A stretch of DNA of 64,000 nt, taken from assembly GCA_965659115.1 (NCBI GenBank), contig CBFHUP010000005.1, forward strand, positions 257-64,256. Reading direction: 5' to 3'. Under the pieces are notes generated by a model. The model saw only the letters and a program-made list of their open reading frames with translations, did not search any database and was not told where the DNA came from. The DNA comes from an uncultured Flavobacteriales bacterium (GTDB taxonomy: Bacteria; Bacteroidota; Bacteroidia; Flavobacteriales_D; Sanyastnellaceae). Shown piece after piece: positions 9,447 to 18,267 of the stretch. Position numbers and translations under genes: made by a program. How positions within the stretch are numbered: position 1 is the stretch's first letter; each line of letters begins with the position of its first letter.

Positions 9447-11309
9447 ATGCTCGACCATTACGATGTCATTGTTGTAGGCGCCGGACACGCCGGCAACGAA
9501 GCCGCACACGCCGCTGCCACCATGGGAGACAAAGTTCTCCTCGTCACCATGAACCTCGCCACTGTTGGCGCCATGAGCTGCAACCCTGCTATGGGCGGCG
9601 TTGCGAAAGGGCAAATCCTGAGGGAAATCGACGCACTCGGTGGGATGAGCGGCAGAATATCCGATGCCAGCGCCATTCAGTTTAGAATGCTCAACCGCTC
9701 CAAGGGTCCGGCGATGTGGTCACCTCGAACCCAAAACGACAGGCACCAGTTCGCACAACAATGGCGCACCACCCTTGAGCACAATGAGAATGTGCACCTC
9801 TGGCAAGACATGGTTCAATCCCTCATCATTGAGAATGGCACCGTCAAAGGAGTAGAAACGCAATTGGGCATCAAGATTTACAGCCACAGCACAATCTTGA
9901 CCTCCGGCACCTTTCTTCAAGGCAAAATTCACCTCGGTCTCCAACAATTCGCGGGCGGTCGATCAGGAGAGCGGGCAGCAGAAGGCATCACAGAACAACT
10001 TGCATCGCACGGCTTCATCACCGGCCGAATGAAGACCGGCACACCACCGCGCGTCGACGGCAGAAGCATAGACTACAGCAAGACAGAAGTGCAGCCAGGA
10101 GAAGACACAACAGAAGGATTCAGCTACTACGCCCAGGGCACCTTTCAAAACCAACTTCCCTGCCACATCACCTACACCAACCCCCTCGTCCACGAAAAAC
10201 TCGCCGCATCACTGCACCAAAGCCCCATGTTCAATGGTGCCATTCAAAGCAAAGGACCACGCTACTGCCCCAGCATTGAAGACAAAATCCACAGGTTTGC
10301 AGACAAAGACCGGCACCAAATATTTATTGAACCAGAGGGACGCCACACCATAGAGACCTACGTCAACGGATTTTCTACATCCCTGCCCAAAGAGGTTCAG
10401 CTCGACGCCATGCGTCAGATTCCAGGACTCGAGCACGTGCGCATGTTCCGGCCAGGGTATGCGGTCGAATACGACTACTTCCCGCCGACCCAATTGTACC
10501 ATACCCTTGAGACCAAAAACCTGAAGAACCTCTATTTCGCTGGACAAATCAATGGCACAACAGGGTACGAAGAGGCTGCGTGTCAAGGACTCATCGCTGG
10601 CATCAACTGCCACCAAAAGAGAGCTGGAGTCGAACCATTCACCCTGGGCAGAGACGAAGCCTACATCGGCGTTTTGATTGACGATCTCGTCACCAAAGGC
10701 ACGGATGAACCCTACCGCATGTTCACGAGCCGCGCAGAATACCGCATTCTTCTGCGACAAGACAATGCCGACCAACGACTCAGCCCCAAGGGTAGAAAGC
10801 TCGGACTGCTCGATGATGCTTGCTGGCATGCACATCAAACCAAACAAGACTCGCTCCATCACCTCGAATCCTGGATACAGAGTAACAACGCAGAGCCAGA
10901 CCAAGTGAACCCCTTGCTACAGAATCAAGGCAGCGCTTCCATTCGACAAAAAACAAGATGGAGCCAATTGATCTCTCGTCCCCACATCAAACTTTCTCAA
11001 CTGATTCCAACATCACCTGAGCTTCAAGCGGAATTCAGGTCCATACCCGAGACATGGGCGGACTTCATCGAAACCAGCATCAAGTACAGAGGCTACATCG
11101 AAAAAGAGCAAGCACAAGCAGACCGCATGAAAACGCTCTACGATCTCGCCCTACCTGCAGACCTTGAATACGGGAGACTCACCTCATTGAGCATGGAGGC
11201 CAGACAAAAGCTTTCAGCCCTTCAACCAACGACACTGGGCGAGGCAGGCAAAATCAGTGGGGTCTCCGCCTCAGACCTTTCTGTGCTCATGGTTTACCTA
11301 GGGAGGTAA
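9447..11309 (+). CDS. mnmG: tRNA uridine 5-carboxymethylaminomethyl modification enzyme MnmG (GidA)
   Basis: The N-terminus has the FAD fold motif [16 protein letters not shown], followed by [13 protein letters not shown]. The length (620 aa) and overall sequence are unmistakably GidA-like. Confidence 0.97.
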   Translation: MLDHYDVIVVGAGHAGNEAAHAAATMGDKVLLVTMNLATVGAMSCNPAMGGVAKGQILREIDALGGMSGRISDASAIQFRMLNRSKGPAMWSPRTQNDRHQFAQQWRTTLEHNENVHLWQDMVQSLIIENGTVKGVETQLGIKIYSHSTILTSGTFLQGKIHLGLQQFAGGRSGERAAEGITEQLASHGFITGRMKTGTPPRVDGRSIDYSKTEVQPGEDTTEGFSYYAQGTFQNQLPCHITYTNPLVHEKLAASLHQSPMFNGAIQSKGPRYCPSIEDKIHRFADKDRHQIFIEPEGRHTIETYVNGFSTSLPKEVQLDAMRQIPGLEHVRMFRPGYAVEYDYFPPTQLYHTLETKNLKNLYFAGQINGTTGYEEAACQGLIAGINCHQKRAGVEPFTLGRDEAYIGVLIDDLVTKGTDEPYRMFTSRAEYRILLRQDNADQRLSPKGRKLGLLDDACWHAHQTKQDSLHHLESWIQSNNAEPDQVNPLLQNQGSASIRQKTRWSQLISRPHIKLSQLIPTSPELQAEFRSIPETWADFIETSIKYRGYIEKEQAQADRMKTLYDLALPADLEYGRLTSLSMEARQKLSALQPTTLGEAGKISGVSASDLSVLMVYLGR

Positions 11310-11328
11310 TTGTTCCACGTGGAACATC
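11310..11328. promoter_or_regulatory. Palindromic element, downstream copy (18-bp perfect palindrome ATGTTCCACGTGGAACAT)
   Basis: It starts immediately after the mnmG stop codon (11307-11309) and shares the 17-mer GTTCCACGTGGAACATC with 9426-9442. Confidence 0.6.
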
Positions 11329-11497
11329 GCAGGAAGCGTTTCAAGCCCATCTGAGGCACTAACGGCCCCCGGGGTACCCACAACATGGTTAGCGGCCCGT
11401 TCGTCCAAAAACCCAAACAACTGATTATCAACCAACTAAATCAAAATCACGCACTACAACGCGTGAGGGGTACCTTCGCGCGCAAGAAGAGCAGACC

Positions 11498-13030
11498 ATG
11501 AACATGAAGGCCCACCTCGCACAACTCGGACTATCCGACATCAACCCCGGTACCCAAATCGGAAACTCCAACCACAACGTTGGAAACGACATCAGCAGCA
11601 TCAGCCCTGTCGATGGTGCCACAATTGGCAGCACGGGCACTTGTGACGCGTCGCTTTATGAAGCGGCCATCCAAGAAGCCACTGCGGCCTCCAAGGAATG
11701 GAGGAACATCCCAGCCCCTCAGCGGGGAGAAGTCGTTCGCCTATATGGAGAGGCACTGCGCCACCACAAGGACGCCTTGGGCGCGCTCGTATCTTATGAG
11801 ATGGGCAAAAGCCTTCAAGAAGGTTTGGGCGAAGTCCAAGAGATGATTGACATCTGTGATTTTGCAGTTGGCCTTTCCCGTCAACTTTATGGGCTCACCA
11901 TGCACTCAGAACGTCCTGGCCACAGGATGTACGAGCAGTGGCACCCCCTTGGTGTTGTAGGCATCATCAGTGCCTTCAACTTTCCGGTTGCCGTTTGGAA
12001 CTGGAACACCGCACTGGCTTGGGTGTGCGGAAATGCCTGCATTTGGAAGCCTTCTGAGAAGACCCCATTGACCGCAGTGGCCTGTCAGAACATCTGGAAC
12101 GAGGTCACAGCTGACCTTGATTATGTGCCCAAAGGGTTGTCCTGCATTATCCAAGGAGACTACAAAGTGGGAGAGATGATGACGCACGACAAGCGTGTGG
12201 CTATGGTTTCTGCTACAGGATCCATCCGGATGGGCAAGATTGTCGCTCAGGCTGTTGCGGCAAGACTCGGAAAGAGCCTGCTTGAACTCGGTGGAAACAA
12301 CGCCATCATCGTAGAACCAGATGCTGAGCTTAAAATGGTCGTGCCTGGCACCGTGTTTGGAGCCGTCGGAACTTGCGGTCAGCGCTGCACTTCCACGCGC
12401 CGTTTGATCATTCACAGCAGCATTTATGATAAGGTGGTGGACGCCATCAAAAGCGCATACAGCCAGCTTCGCATTGGAGACCCGCTCGACCAGAACAACC
12501 ACGTTGGGCCCCTCATCGATCACGATGCCGTTGCTGCATACAGCAAAGCCCTCGAAGATGTCGTAGCCCAAGGCGGACGCGTCATCGTGGAAGGGGGGGT
12601 ATTGCAAGGACCTGGATACGAATCCGGGTGCTACGTTAAGCCCGCCATTGCCGAGGCCAACAACGATATGGCCATTGTCCAGCACGAGACCTTTGCGCCG
12701 ATTCTGTACGTCATGAAGTACGACACGCTCGACGAAGCCATGGCCATGCAAAATGGTGTGGTCCAAGGCCTTTCTTCGGCCATCATGACCACCAACCTTC
12801 GCAGCGCCGAACTCTTCCTTTCTGCCAATGGAAGTGACTGTGGCATCGCCAACGTCAACATTGGAACCAGCGGAGCTGAAATTGGAGGCGCTTTTGGCGG
12901 TGAAAAAGAAACCGGTGGTGGCCGTGAATCAGGCAGCGATGCTTGGAAAGGCTACATGCGCCGGCAAACCAACACCATCAACTACAGCACAGAGCTGCCC
13001 TTGGCACAGGGCATCAAATTTGACTTTTGA
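11498..13030 (+). CDS. Aldehyde dehydrogenase, ALDH7/AmaB-like (alpha-aminoadipic semialdehyde / piperideine-6-carboxylate dehydrogenase type)
   Basis: ALDH motifs are present: FNFPVAVWNWN, KPSEKTPL, the LELGGNNA glutamate and the GTCGQRCTS catalytic cysteine. The overall pattern resembles antiquitin-type enzymes. Confidence 0.88.
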   Translation: MNMKAHLAQLGLSDINPGTQIGNSNHNVGNDISSISPVDGATIGSTGTCDASLYEAAIQEATAASKEWRNIPAPQRGEVVRLYGEALRHHKDALGALVSYEMGKSLQEGLGEVQEMIDICDFAVGLSRQLYGLTMHSERPGHRMYEQWHPLGVVGIISAFNFPVAVWNWNTALAWVCGNACIWKPSEKTPLTAVACQNIWNEVTADLDYVPKGLSCIIQGDYKVGEMMTHDKRVAMVSATGSIRMGKIVAQAVAARLGKSLLELGGNNAIIVEPDAELKMVVPGTVFGAVGTCGQRCTSTRRLIIHSSIYDKVVDAIKSAYSQLRIGDPLDQNNHVGPLIDHDAVAAYSKALEDVVAQGGRVIVEGGVLQGPGYESGCYVKPAIAEANNDMAIVQHETFAPILYVMKYDTLDEAMAMQNGVVQGLSSAIMTTNLRSAELFLSANGSDCGIANVNIGTSGAEIGGAFGGEKETGGGRESGSDAWKGYMRRQTNTINYSTELPLAQGIKFDF

Positions 13031-14265
13031 TGCGCCCTCTGGGCACATTGAAGGTTGCGCTCCTATTGGCCTTGGGGCTTGGGCTTCTCCGTTGCGGTTC
13101 AACGCATCAGGATGGCTCAAGACCTCAGGCCCAAGAGAGTGGGGGTGGTACCCTCATCTTTCACCTTTCCGACACCGTTAAAGCCCGCATTCCCGGCCTT
13201 CCAAGCCCAAACGGATTGACCCTGTACAATGGGCCTGAAGCCCTTGTGCTCGTCCCGATGGACAGCTTGTGCTATCAGGTTCCTGTATTTGACGGTGTGT
13301 TGTGTCTCGGCCCTGAAGGCCGGGGGACATGGACCGATGTCCTGAGAACTGGCGACGAACCCTATAGGGTTGATGTTGAGTTTGTTAAGGGCAACACACA
13401 CCGCTCATCAGGCGACTGGGGAGCCGCAGAAATCTGGCGGATGGAATTTGGCAGCCAAGATCCTTGGTATGGAGACCTGGTATTGAACCGTTCTGAAAAT
13501 GGCCATTTGCAAGGGACCATCGAGACCGCCACGGGCGACTTCCGGTTTCTGCATGGAACAGAGCACAATGACATTCTGACGTTGCAGACTTTCGATGGGG
13601 CGCACCTGTTTCACTTCAGTGCGAACACCAGCGTGAACGACAGTCTGGTGAAGGGGGTCTTTTCAAGCGGTAACCACTACCAAACATCCTTCCGAGCACA
13701 CCTCAAAACAGATGCGGATGAGCCGCTATCTGCCGGAAATAGGGCGACCTGGACCCAAGAGCCCATTGGTTATGCAGGACAGGACCTGTTGGGAAACAAG
13801 ACCGAATGGCTGTGGTCACCATCCGATACGGTGGTGCATGTGCTCAGCGTGATGGGGTCGTGGTGTCCGAACTGCATGGACGAACACCGCCTGCTCGCGG
13901 AGTTGATGGAGGCACACCCCAACATGCACGTACATACTCTGGCATTTGAACGCGGCTTGGACCGTGTGAACGGCGAGGAGATGGCCATGACCCGCCTCAA
14001 GCGGTATGCGGAGTCCATGGGGTTATCGAGGTACCCTGACAGGTGGCACATCAGTTTGGTGGGGCCCGCATCGAAGAAAGAGGCCCAAAACAAGCTTCCG
14101 TTTCTAGACAAAGTGGTCAGCTTCCCCACCAGCATTGTACTTGCCCCCGGCGCTTCTCAACCCTGGATTCACTCAGGGTTTAACGGACCCGCTACCGGTG
14201 CTAAGTACGATCTAGAACGCGCTCAATTCGCTGCGTTCATCAGCGGTCCGATGGAAAGTCGTTGA
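13027..14265 (+). CDS. TlpA/thioredoxin-like lipoprotein (thiol-disulfide oxidoreductase family)
   Basis: It has a lipoprotein signal (LGLGLLRCGS) and a thioredoxin CxxC motif in the C-terminal half (SVMGSWCPNCMDE). The ATGA start overlaps the ALDH stop. Confidence 0.75.
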   Translation: MMRPLGTLKVALLLALGLGLLRCGSTHQDGSRPQAQESGGGTLIFHLSDTVKARIPGLPSPNGLTLYNGPEALVLVPMDSLCYQVPVFDGVLCLGPEGRGTWTDVLRTGDEPYRVDVEFVKGNTHRSSGDWGAAEIWRMEFGSQDPWYGDLVLNRSENGHLQGTIETATGDFRFLHGTEHNDILTLQTFDGAHLFHFSANTSVNDSLVKGVFSSGNHYQTSFRAHLKTDADEPLSAGNRATWTQEPIGYAGQDLLGNKTEWLWSPSDTVVHVLSVMGSWCPNCMDEHRLLAELMEAHPNMHVHTLAFERGLDRVNGEEMAMTRLKRYAESMGLSRYPDRWHISLVGPASKKEAQNKLPFLDKVVSFPTSIVLAPGASQPWIHSGFNGPATGAKYDLERAQFAAFISGPMESR

Positions 14266-15826
14266 CCTGATCCACCACCAGTTTATTGGCCCGATTCGCC
14301 ACCTCCCAGGAGGTCAAAAACACCAAGCGTCCGATCTCTGCCATCTTGGGATAGCGGATTTTATCTGGCGTATCTCCTGGGCCGTGGTAGTCCTCATGAA
14401 CACCACTGAAATAGAAGATGACAGGGATGTCATGCTTGGCAAAATTGTAGTGGTCGCTGCGGTAATAGAACCTGTTGGGGTCATCTGGTGCATTGAAGGT
14501 GTAGTCCAAAGCGATTCCCACATGCTTTTCATTGACCGCCTCACTGATCTCGTGCAACTCCGTTGAGAGTTTGTCACTGCCAATCAGGTACACATAGCGG
14601 TCATCGTCCATGTGTGCCTCGTCGAAGCGCCCTACCATATCCATGTTCAAGTCGCACACATGCTGATCCAATGGGAACGCAGGGTGATCGCTATACCACT
14701 CAGAACCCAGCAGCCCCTTTTCCTCGCCTACAAAAGCCATAAACAGCACCGAGCGCTTGGGGCCCTTTCCTGCTTTGGCCGCAGCCATCCAAGCTTGTGC
14801 ATTCTCCAACAAACTGACTGTGCCGCTGCCATCATCGTCAGCTCCATTGTAAATCAACCCCTCCTTGTCTACTCCAACGTGATCGTAGTGGCTCGTCAAA
14901 GCCACAATTTCACCCGCCAACACACTGTCCCTTCCTGGCAACAATCCCCATACGTTGGTGGCTTCTACTTTTTCCGATTTGCGGGCCAAATGCAACTCCA
15001 TGTTACCCAAGTCGGTGCCGTTCAACTTGCGTTTTGGCCATTTCTTTCGAACCCCTTTCATGGACTTCCATCCTGTACAACGCAAGAGCACATCTTCGGA
15101 AACCAGCAACGTGGGCAAATCTGTACCCTCTCCTTGGCGCTCTACATCCAACCTCATCCTTTCACGGCTCAACCAAGGCACCAGCCGTGACTTCAATGTG
15201 CCGAATTCCGGTGTCACCAAAATCGTGGCCTTTGCCCCCAAACTGTCCGCCAATATGCGCTTGGCAGAAGGGTTTTGGCTCCATTTACTCGGCTCTTTGG
15301 TACCAGACAATTCATATCCTTTTGAGGCGCTTCCGGGTTCCCCCGCCAGCATCACAACGGTTTTTCCAGCAACGTCCAACCCCGCATAATCGTCCCACGG
15401 GCCCTCTTGAATGCCATACCCCACAAAAACCGCGTCGGCCACGATATCGGCCACCTCAATTCCTGGATATGGCACAAAGTCGTTTTTGAAAATCAACTTC
15501 TCCGATCCCAGGGTGAGCACACCCCCTTTCAACTGGGTCACCTTGAGGGGCACAGATTGGAAGTAACTGCCATTCACAGGCTGAAGGCCCATTTCTTCAA
15601 ACTGACCGGCCAAAAAAGACGCCGCCTTGCGCTGGCCGAGCTTTCCGGTTTCTCGGCCTTCCATGGAATCTGCCGCCAAAATGTGCAGCAAGCCCGACAG
15701 CTCATCTGCGGTAATTGTGCTGGCCCATTCTTGCGCTGAATCGGTGTGGAACAAGGTTTGAGCACTTAAAGCTGAGCTGTAGCTCCAGCACAATGCGATG
15801 GCAAAGAGGGAAATAATACGGGTCAT
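14240..15826 (-). CDS. M28-family aminopeptidase with PA domain
   Basis: A signal peptide is present, along with Zn-ligand motifs HYDHVG, GADDDGSG and FVGEEKGLLGS. The 3' end overlaps the convergent TlpA-like gene by 26 bp. Confidence 0.85.
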   Translation of the reverse strand: MTRIISLFAIALCWSYSSALSAQTLFHTDSAQEWASTITADELSGLLHILAADSMEGRETGKLGQRKAASFLAGQFEEMGLQPVNGSYFQSVPLKVTQLKGGVLTLGSEKLIFKNDFVPYPGIEVADIVADAVFVGYGIQEGPWDDYAGLDVAGKTVVMLAGEPGSASKGYELSGTKEPSKWSQNPSAKRILADSLGAKATILVTPEFGTLKSRLVPWLSRERMRLDVERQGEGTDLPTLLVSEDVLLRCTGWKSMKGVRKKWPKRKLNGTDLGNMELHLARKSEKVEATNVWGLLPGRDSVLAGEIVALTSHYDHVGVDKEGLIYNGADDDGSGTVSLLENAQAWMAAAKAGKGPKRSVLFMAFVGEEKGLLGSEWYSDHPAFPLDQHVCDLNMDMVGRFDEAHMDDDRYVYLIGSDKLSTELHEISEAVNEKHVGIALDYTFNAPDDPNRFYYRSDHYNFAKHDIPVIFYFSGVHEDYHGPGDTPDKIRYPKMAEIGRLVFLTSWEVANRANKLVVDQVNDFPSDR

Positions 15827-16251
15827 GAACAGGCGATTTTAGTGACCCGACGTTCGTGTCGGCCACCTTCGAATGGGGTCTCAAGAAAGGTCTTTACACA
15901 GTCCAAAGCATCTGGGATGGCAATGAACCGAGCGGGCAAACACAGCACATTGGCGTTGTTGTGTTGGCGGGCGAGGGCAGCAATGTCAGGCCGCCAGGCG
16001 ATGGCTGCCCTGATTCCCGCATGTTTGTTGGCCGTCATGGCCACCCCATTTGCTGAACCACAAATCAAGATTCCAAGGGCGTCTTCTTTTGCCACTGCTT
16101 GGGCCAATGGGTGCGCGTGGTCAGGGTAGTCTACGCTGTTTCCATCTGGAGTGCCGTGATCGGTGACCTCCATGCCGCGATCGGTCAACCACCGCAAGAG
16201 TGTCGTTCTCAAATCACCTCCTGCGTGATCATTTGCCAAGTGAATCCTCAT
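15823..16251 (-). CDS. rpiB: Ribose-5-phosphate isomerase B
   Basis: The 142-aa protein has LANDHAGG and ICGSANGVAMTANK motifs typical of RpiB/LacAB. It overlaps the M28 gene by 4 bp. Confidence 0.9.
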   Translation of the reverse strand: MRIHLANDHAGGDLRTTLLRWLTDRGMEVTDHGTPDGNSVDYPDHAHPLAQAVAKEDALGILICGSANGVAMTANKHAGIRAAIAWRPDIAALARQHNNANVLCLPARFIAIPDALDCVKTFLETPFEGGRHERRVTKIACS

Positions 16252-16272
16252 GTCCCGAAGTTCATCTTTTGC

Positions 16273-16686
16273 TCACGTTGTGTCGTCCACATAAAAATGT
16301 GAATTCGCACCTTTCGCTGTTGGAAACCCGATTGAAAGAAAATTTGGAAGTATGGTCCTCTTGTAGGCTTGTTCAAGCGAGGCTAGGAACCAAACATTTT
16401 GGGGTACAAATTCTGCCCATGATGCACACACAAAAGGAGGTGATGTGCACATGCCTTTGGCCCACCAATTCCCCTGAATCTGGTTTATTATCAATGGAGG
16501 CCAAATTGTGAATGAACCCATCAATCTTCTGATAATCACAACTCCATAGGCGTCAATAAGTCTTGACAACATGGTAAAAGCTGTTGAAGACCATCGCCTC
16601 CAAACAAAAGTCCAGTGAGTTATCAGACCTATCAACAGACCTACTATACCTATGATTTCTTTTCTAAAGAAAAATGAATAATACAT
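16273..16686 (-). CDS. Orphan small membrane protein (137 aa) in an AT-rich islet
   Basis: The ORF fills nearly all of an AT-rich intergenic stretch, where a stop-free run this long is unlikely by chance. It has an N-terminal TM helix (IIGIVGLLIGLITHWTFVW). Third codon positions are AT-rich, unlike its neighbours. I recognise no family. Confidence 0.45.
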   Translation of the reverse strand: MYYSFFFRKEIIGIVGLLIGLITHWTFVWRRWSSTAFTMLSRLIDAYGVVIIRRLMGSFTIWPPLIINQIQGNWWAKGMCTSPPFVCASWAEFVPQNVWFLASLEQAYKRTILPNFLSIGFPTAKGANSHFYVDDTT

Positions 16687-16728
16687 AGTTGGGGTAAAAA
16701 CCCAAGGATGGGGTGAAGTGGGTTCGAT

Positions 16729-18267
16729 GTGGCGGGCGAACTTGCCGGTGTGATCGGGAAGAAGAAATACGGCGTGTTGCTTGGGATGTTCCTGGGTGGG
16801 GTGCTCGCGTTGTTCGGTCAGGACAGTTCGTTTGTGGAGTATCGGTTTGCAGATGGGGGGGTGAGCAGCCGCGGAATGCTGGTGGAAGGGATGCCTTCGG
16901 GATATTGGACTTCGTTTTACGAGGACGGCACGCGCAAGAGCGAAGGCAATTGGTTGTCGGGTGATCTGGTGGGAGAGTGGGTATTCTATGATGCGTTAGG
17001 CAGGGTTCAAACCACTTTGAATTACAGCGTAGGACGCAAGGATGGTTTGGAACAGCAGTGGGATACATTGGGTGGATTGACACGCTCGTTGCCTTGGGTG
17101 CAAGACACGTTGAACGGCTGGGAGGTAGGTTACGATTCCAAGGGCGCAGAAGTCGAGAGAATTCCTTGGAAATCAGGCGAAAAAGAAGGCATTGCGCTGC
17201 GTTATGCCTTCGGCGAAAATGGAGAAAGTAGGATCATCCGTCGCATGGGGTATCGCGAAGATTTGCTCCGTTGGGTAGAGGATATCAACCGTGAAGATGA
17301 CCAGGGCAGGAAGACAGGTAAATGGATGACGTTTTGGCCCAATGAACGTGTCCGTTCAGAAGGACCGTATGAGAGAGGGCTGCAGGAAGGTGTCTTCAAG
17401 TTCTTCAATCGCAATGGAGATTTGGAACGCACAGAAACGTACAAAAGGGGTGAGCGGGTGATGGATGCACCTGAAGCTGTGGCCTTGGATTTGCGCAAGT
17501 CTTTTCACCCCAATGGAGAAGTTTCAAGGCAAGGTCCTTGGCGCGAGAATACGCCCATGGGAACGCATCGCTTTTTTGATGAGTCAGGTCATTTGATTGA
17601 GGTCAAAGTATTTCGAGCTGGCGCATTGCACGCAACGGGGACGTTGGACAGTTTGGGCAGGAGGTCGGGCGAATGGACGTTGTATTGGAAGGAAGGAATG
17701 CGGAAGGAGACAGGGAGATACTCAGAGGGAAAACGCGATGGAGATTGGACTTTTTATGCCATGGACGGGCGTGTGGAACAAGAAGGGGGGTACCGCGCTG
17801 GAGCATGGCACGGCACATGGAAGTGGTACCATTTGGATGGTTCCCTGCACAGAGATGAGCGGTATAGAAAAGGAAAAGAGGACGGTGATTTTGTAGAACT
17901 GTCCATCGAGGGTGATACGTTGGCCAGGGGCCTTTATGAGCGTGGTTTAAAGCAGGGTTCTTGGTTGGAACACGTCAACGATGACCGGCGTACGGGACAA
18001 TATTTAGATGGCGAACGCGATGGGAAATGGCGCCATGTTTCTGCCGAAGGAAAGGTTCGTTTTGAAGGCGAATACGTAGCGGGCATTCCGACGGGTCAAC
18101 ACGTGACTTTTTGGCCCAACGGCGTACGCGCTTCCATGGGTTCCTACGAGGGCGGTTTACCTGAGGGAAATTGGCGTTACTTCGATGACATGGGTGTGGT
18201 CAGATTGGTCAGACAGTATCGAAGTGGAAGGATCGCCAAAGTGAATGGCTCCAAAACGGATCGGTGA
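16729..18267 (+). CDS. Exported MORN-repeat-variant protein (YwqK-family-like)
   Basis: It carries many tandem copies of G.W..(F/Y)..(N/D)G....EG.Y..G...G.W, for example GYWTSFYEDGTRKSEGNW and GEWTLYWKEGMRKETGRY. A signal peptide is present. The GTG at 16750 (MIGKKKYGVLLGMFLGGVLALFG) is an equally good start. Confidence 0.8.
   Translation: MAGELAGVIGKKKYGVLLGMFLGGVLALFGQDSSFVEYRFADGGVSSRGMLVEGMPSGYWTSFYEDGTRKSEGNWLSGDLVGEWVFYDALGRVQTTLNYSVGRKDGLEQQWDTLGGLTRSLPWVQDTLNGWEVGYDSKGAEVERIPWKSGEKEGIALRYAFGENGESRIIRRMGYREDLLRWVEDINREDDQGRKTGKWMTFWPNERVRSEGPYERGLQEGVFKFFNRNGDLERTETYKRGERVMDAPEAVALDLRKSFHPNGEVSRQGPWRENTPMGTHRFFDESGHLIEVKVFRAGALHATGTLDSLGRRSGEWTLYWKEGMRKETGRYSEGKRDGDWTFYAMDGRVEQEGGYRAGAWHGTWKWYHLDGSLHRDERYRKGKEDGDFVELSIEGDTLARGLYERGLKQGSWLEHVNDDRRTGQYLDGERDGKWRHVSAEGKVRFEGEYVAGIPTGQHVTFWPNGVRASMGSYEGGLPEGNWRYFDDMGVVRLVRQYRSGRIAKVNGSKTDR

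Noticed and set aside
9415-11497. The possibility that the mnmG (gidA) flanks mark the replication origin, as in E. coli, with the TTCCAC-containing palindromes as DnaA-box relatives. Similar TTTTCCACA and TGTGGAAA-like sequences occur near 40606-40675.
   Set aside because: There is no cluster of good TTATCCACA boxes, no AT-rich unwinding element, and no dnaA or dnaN nearby. The matches are single and degenerate.
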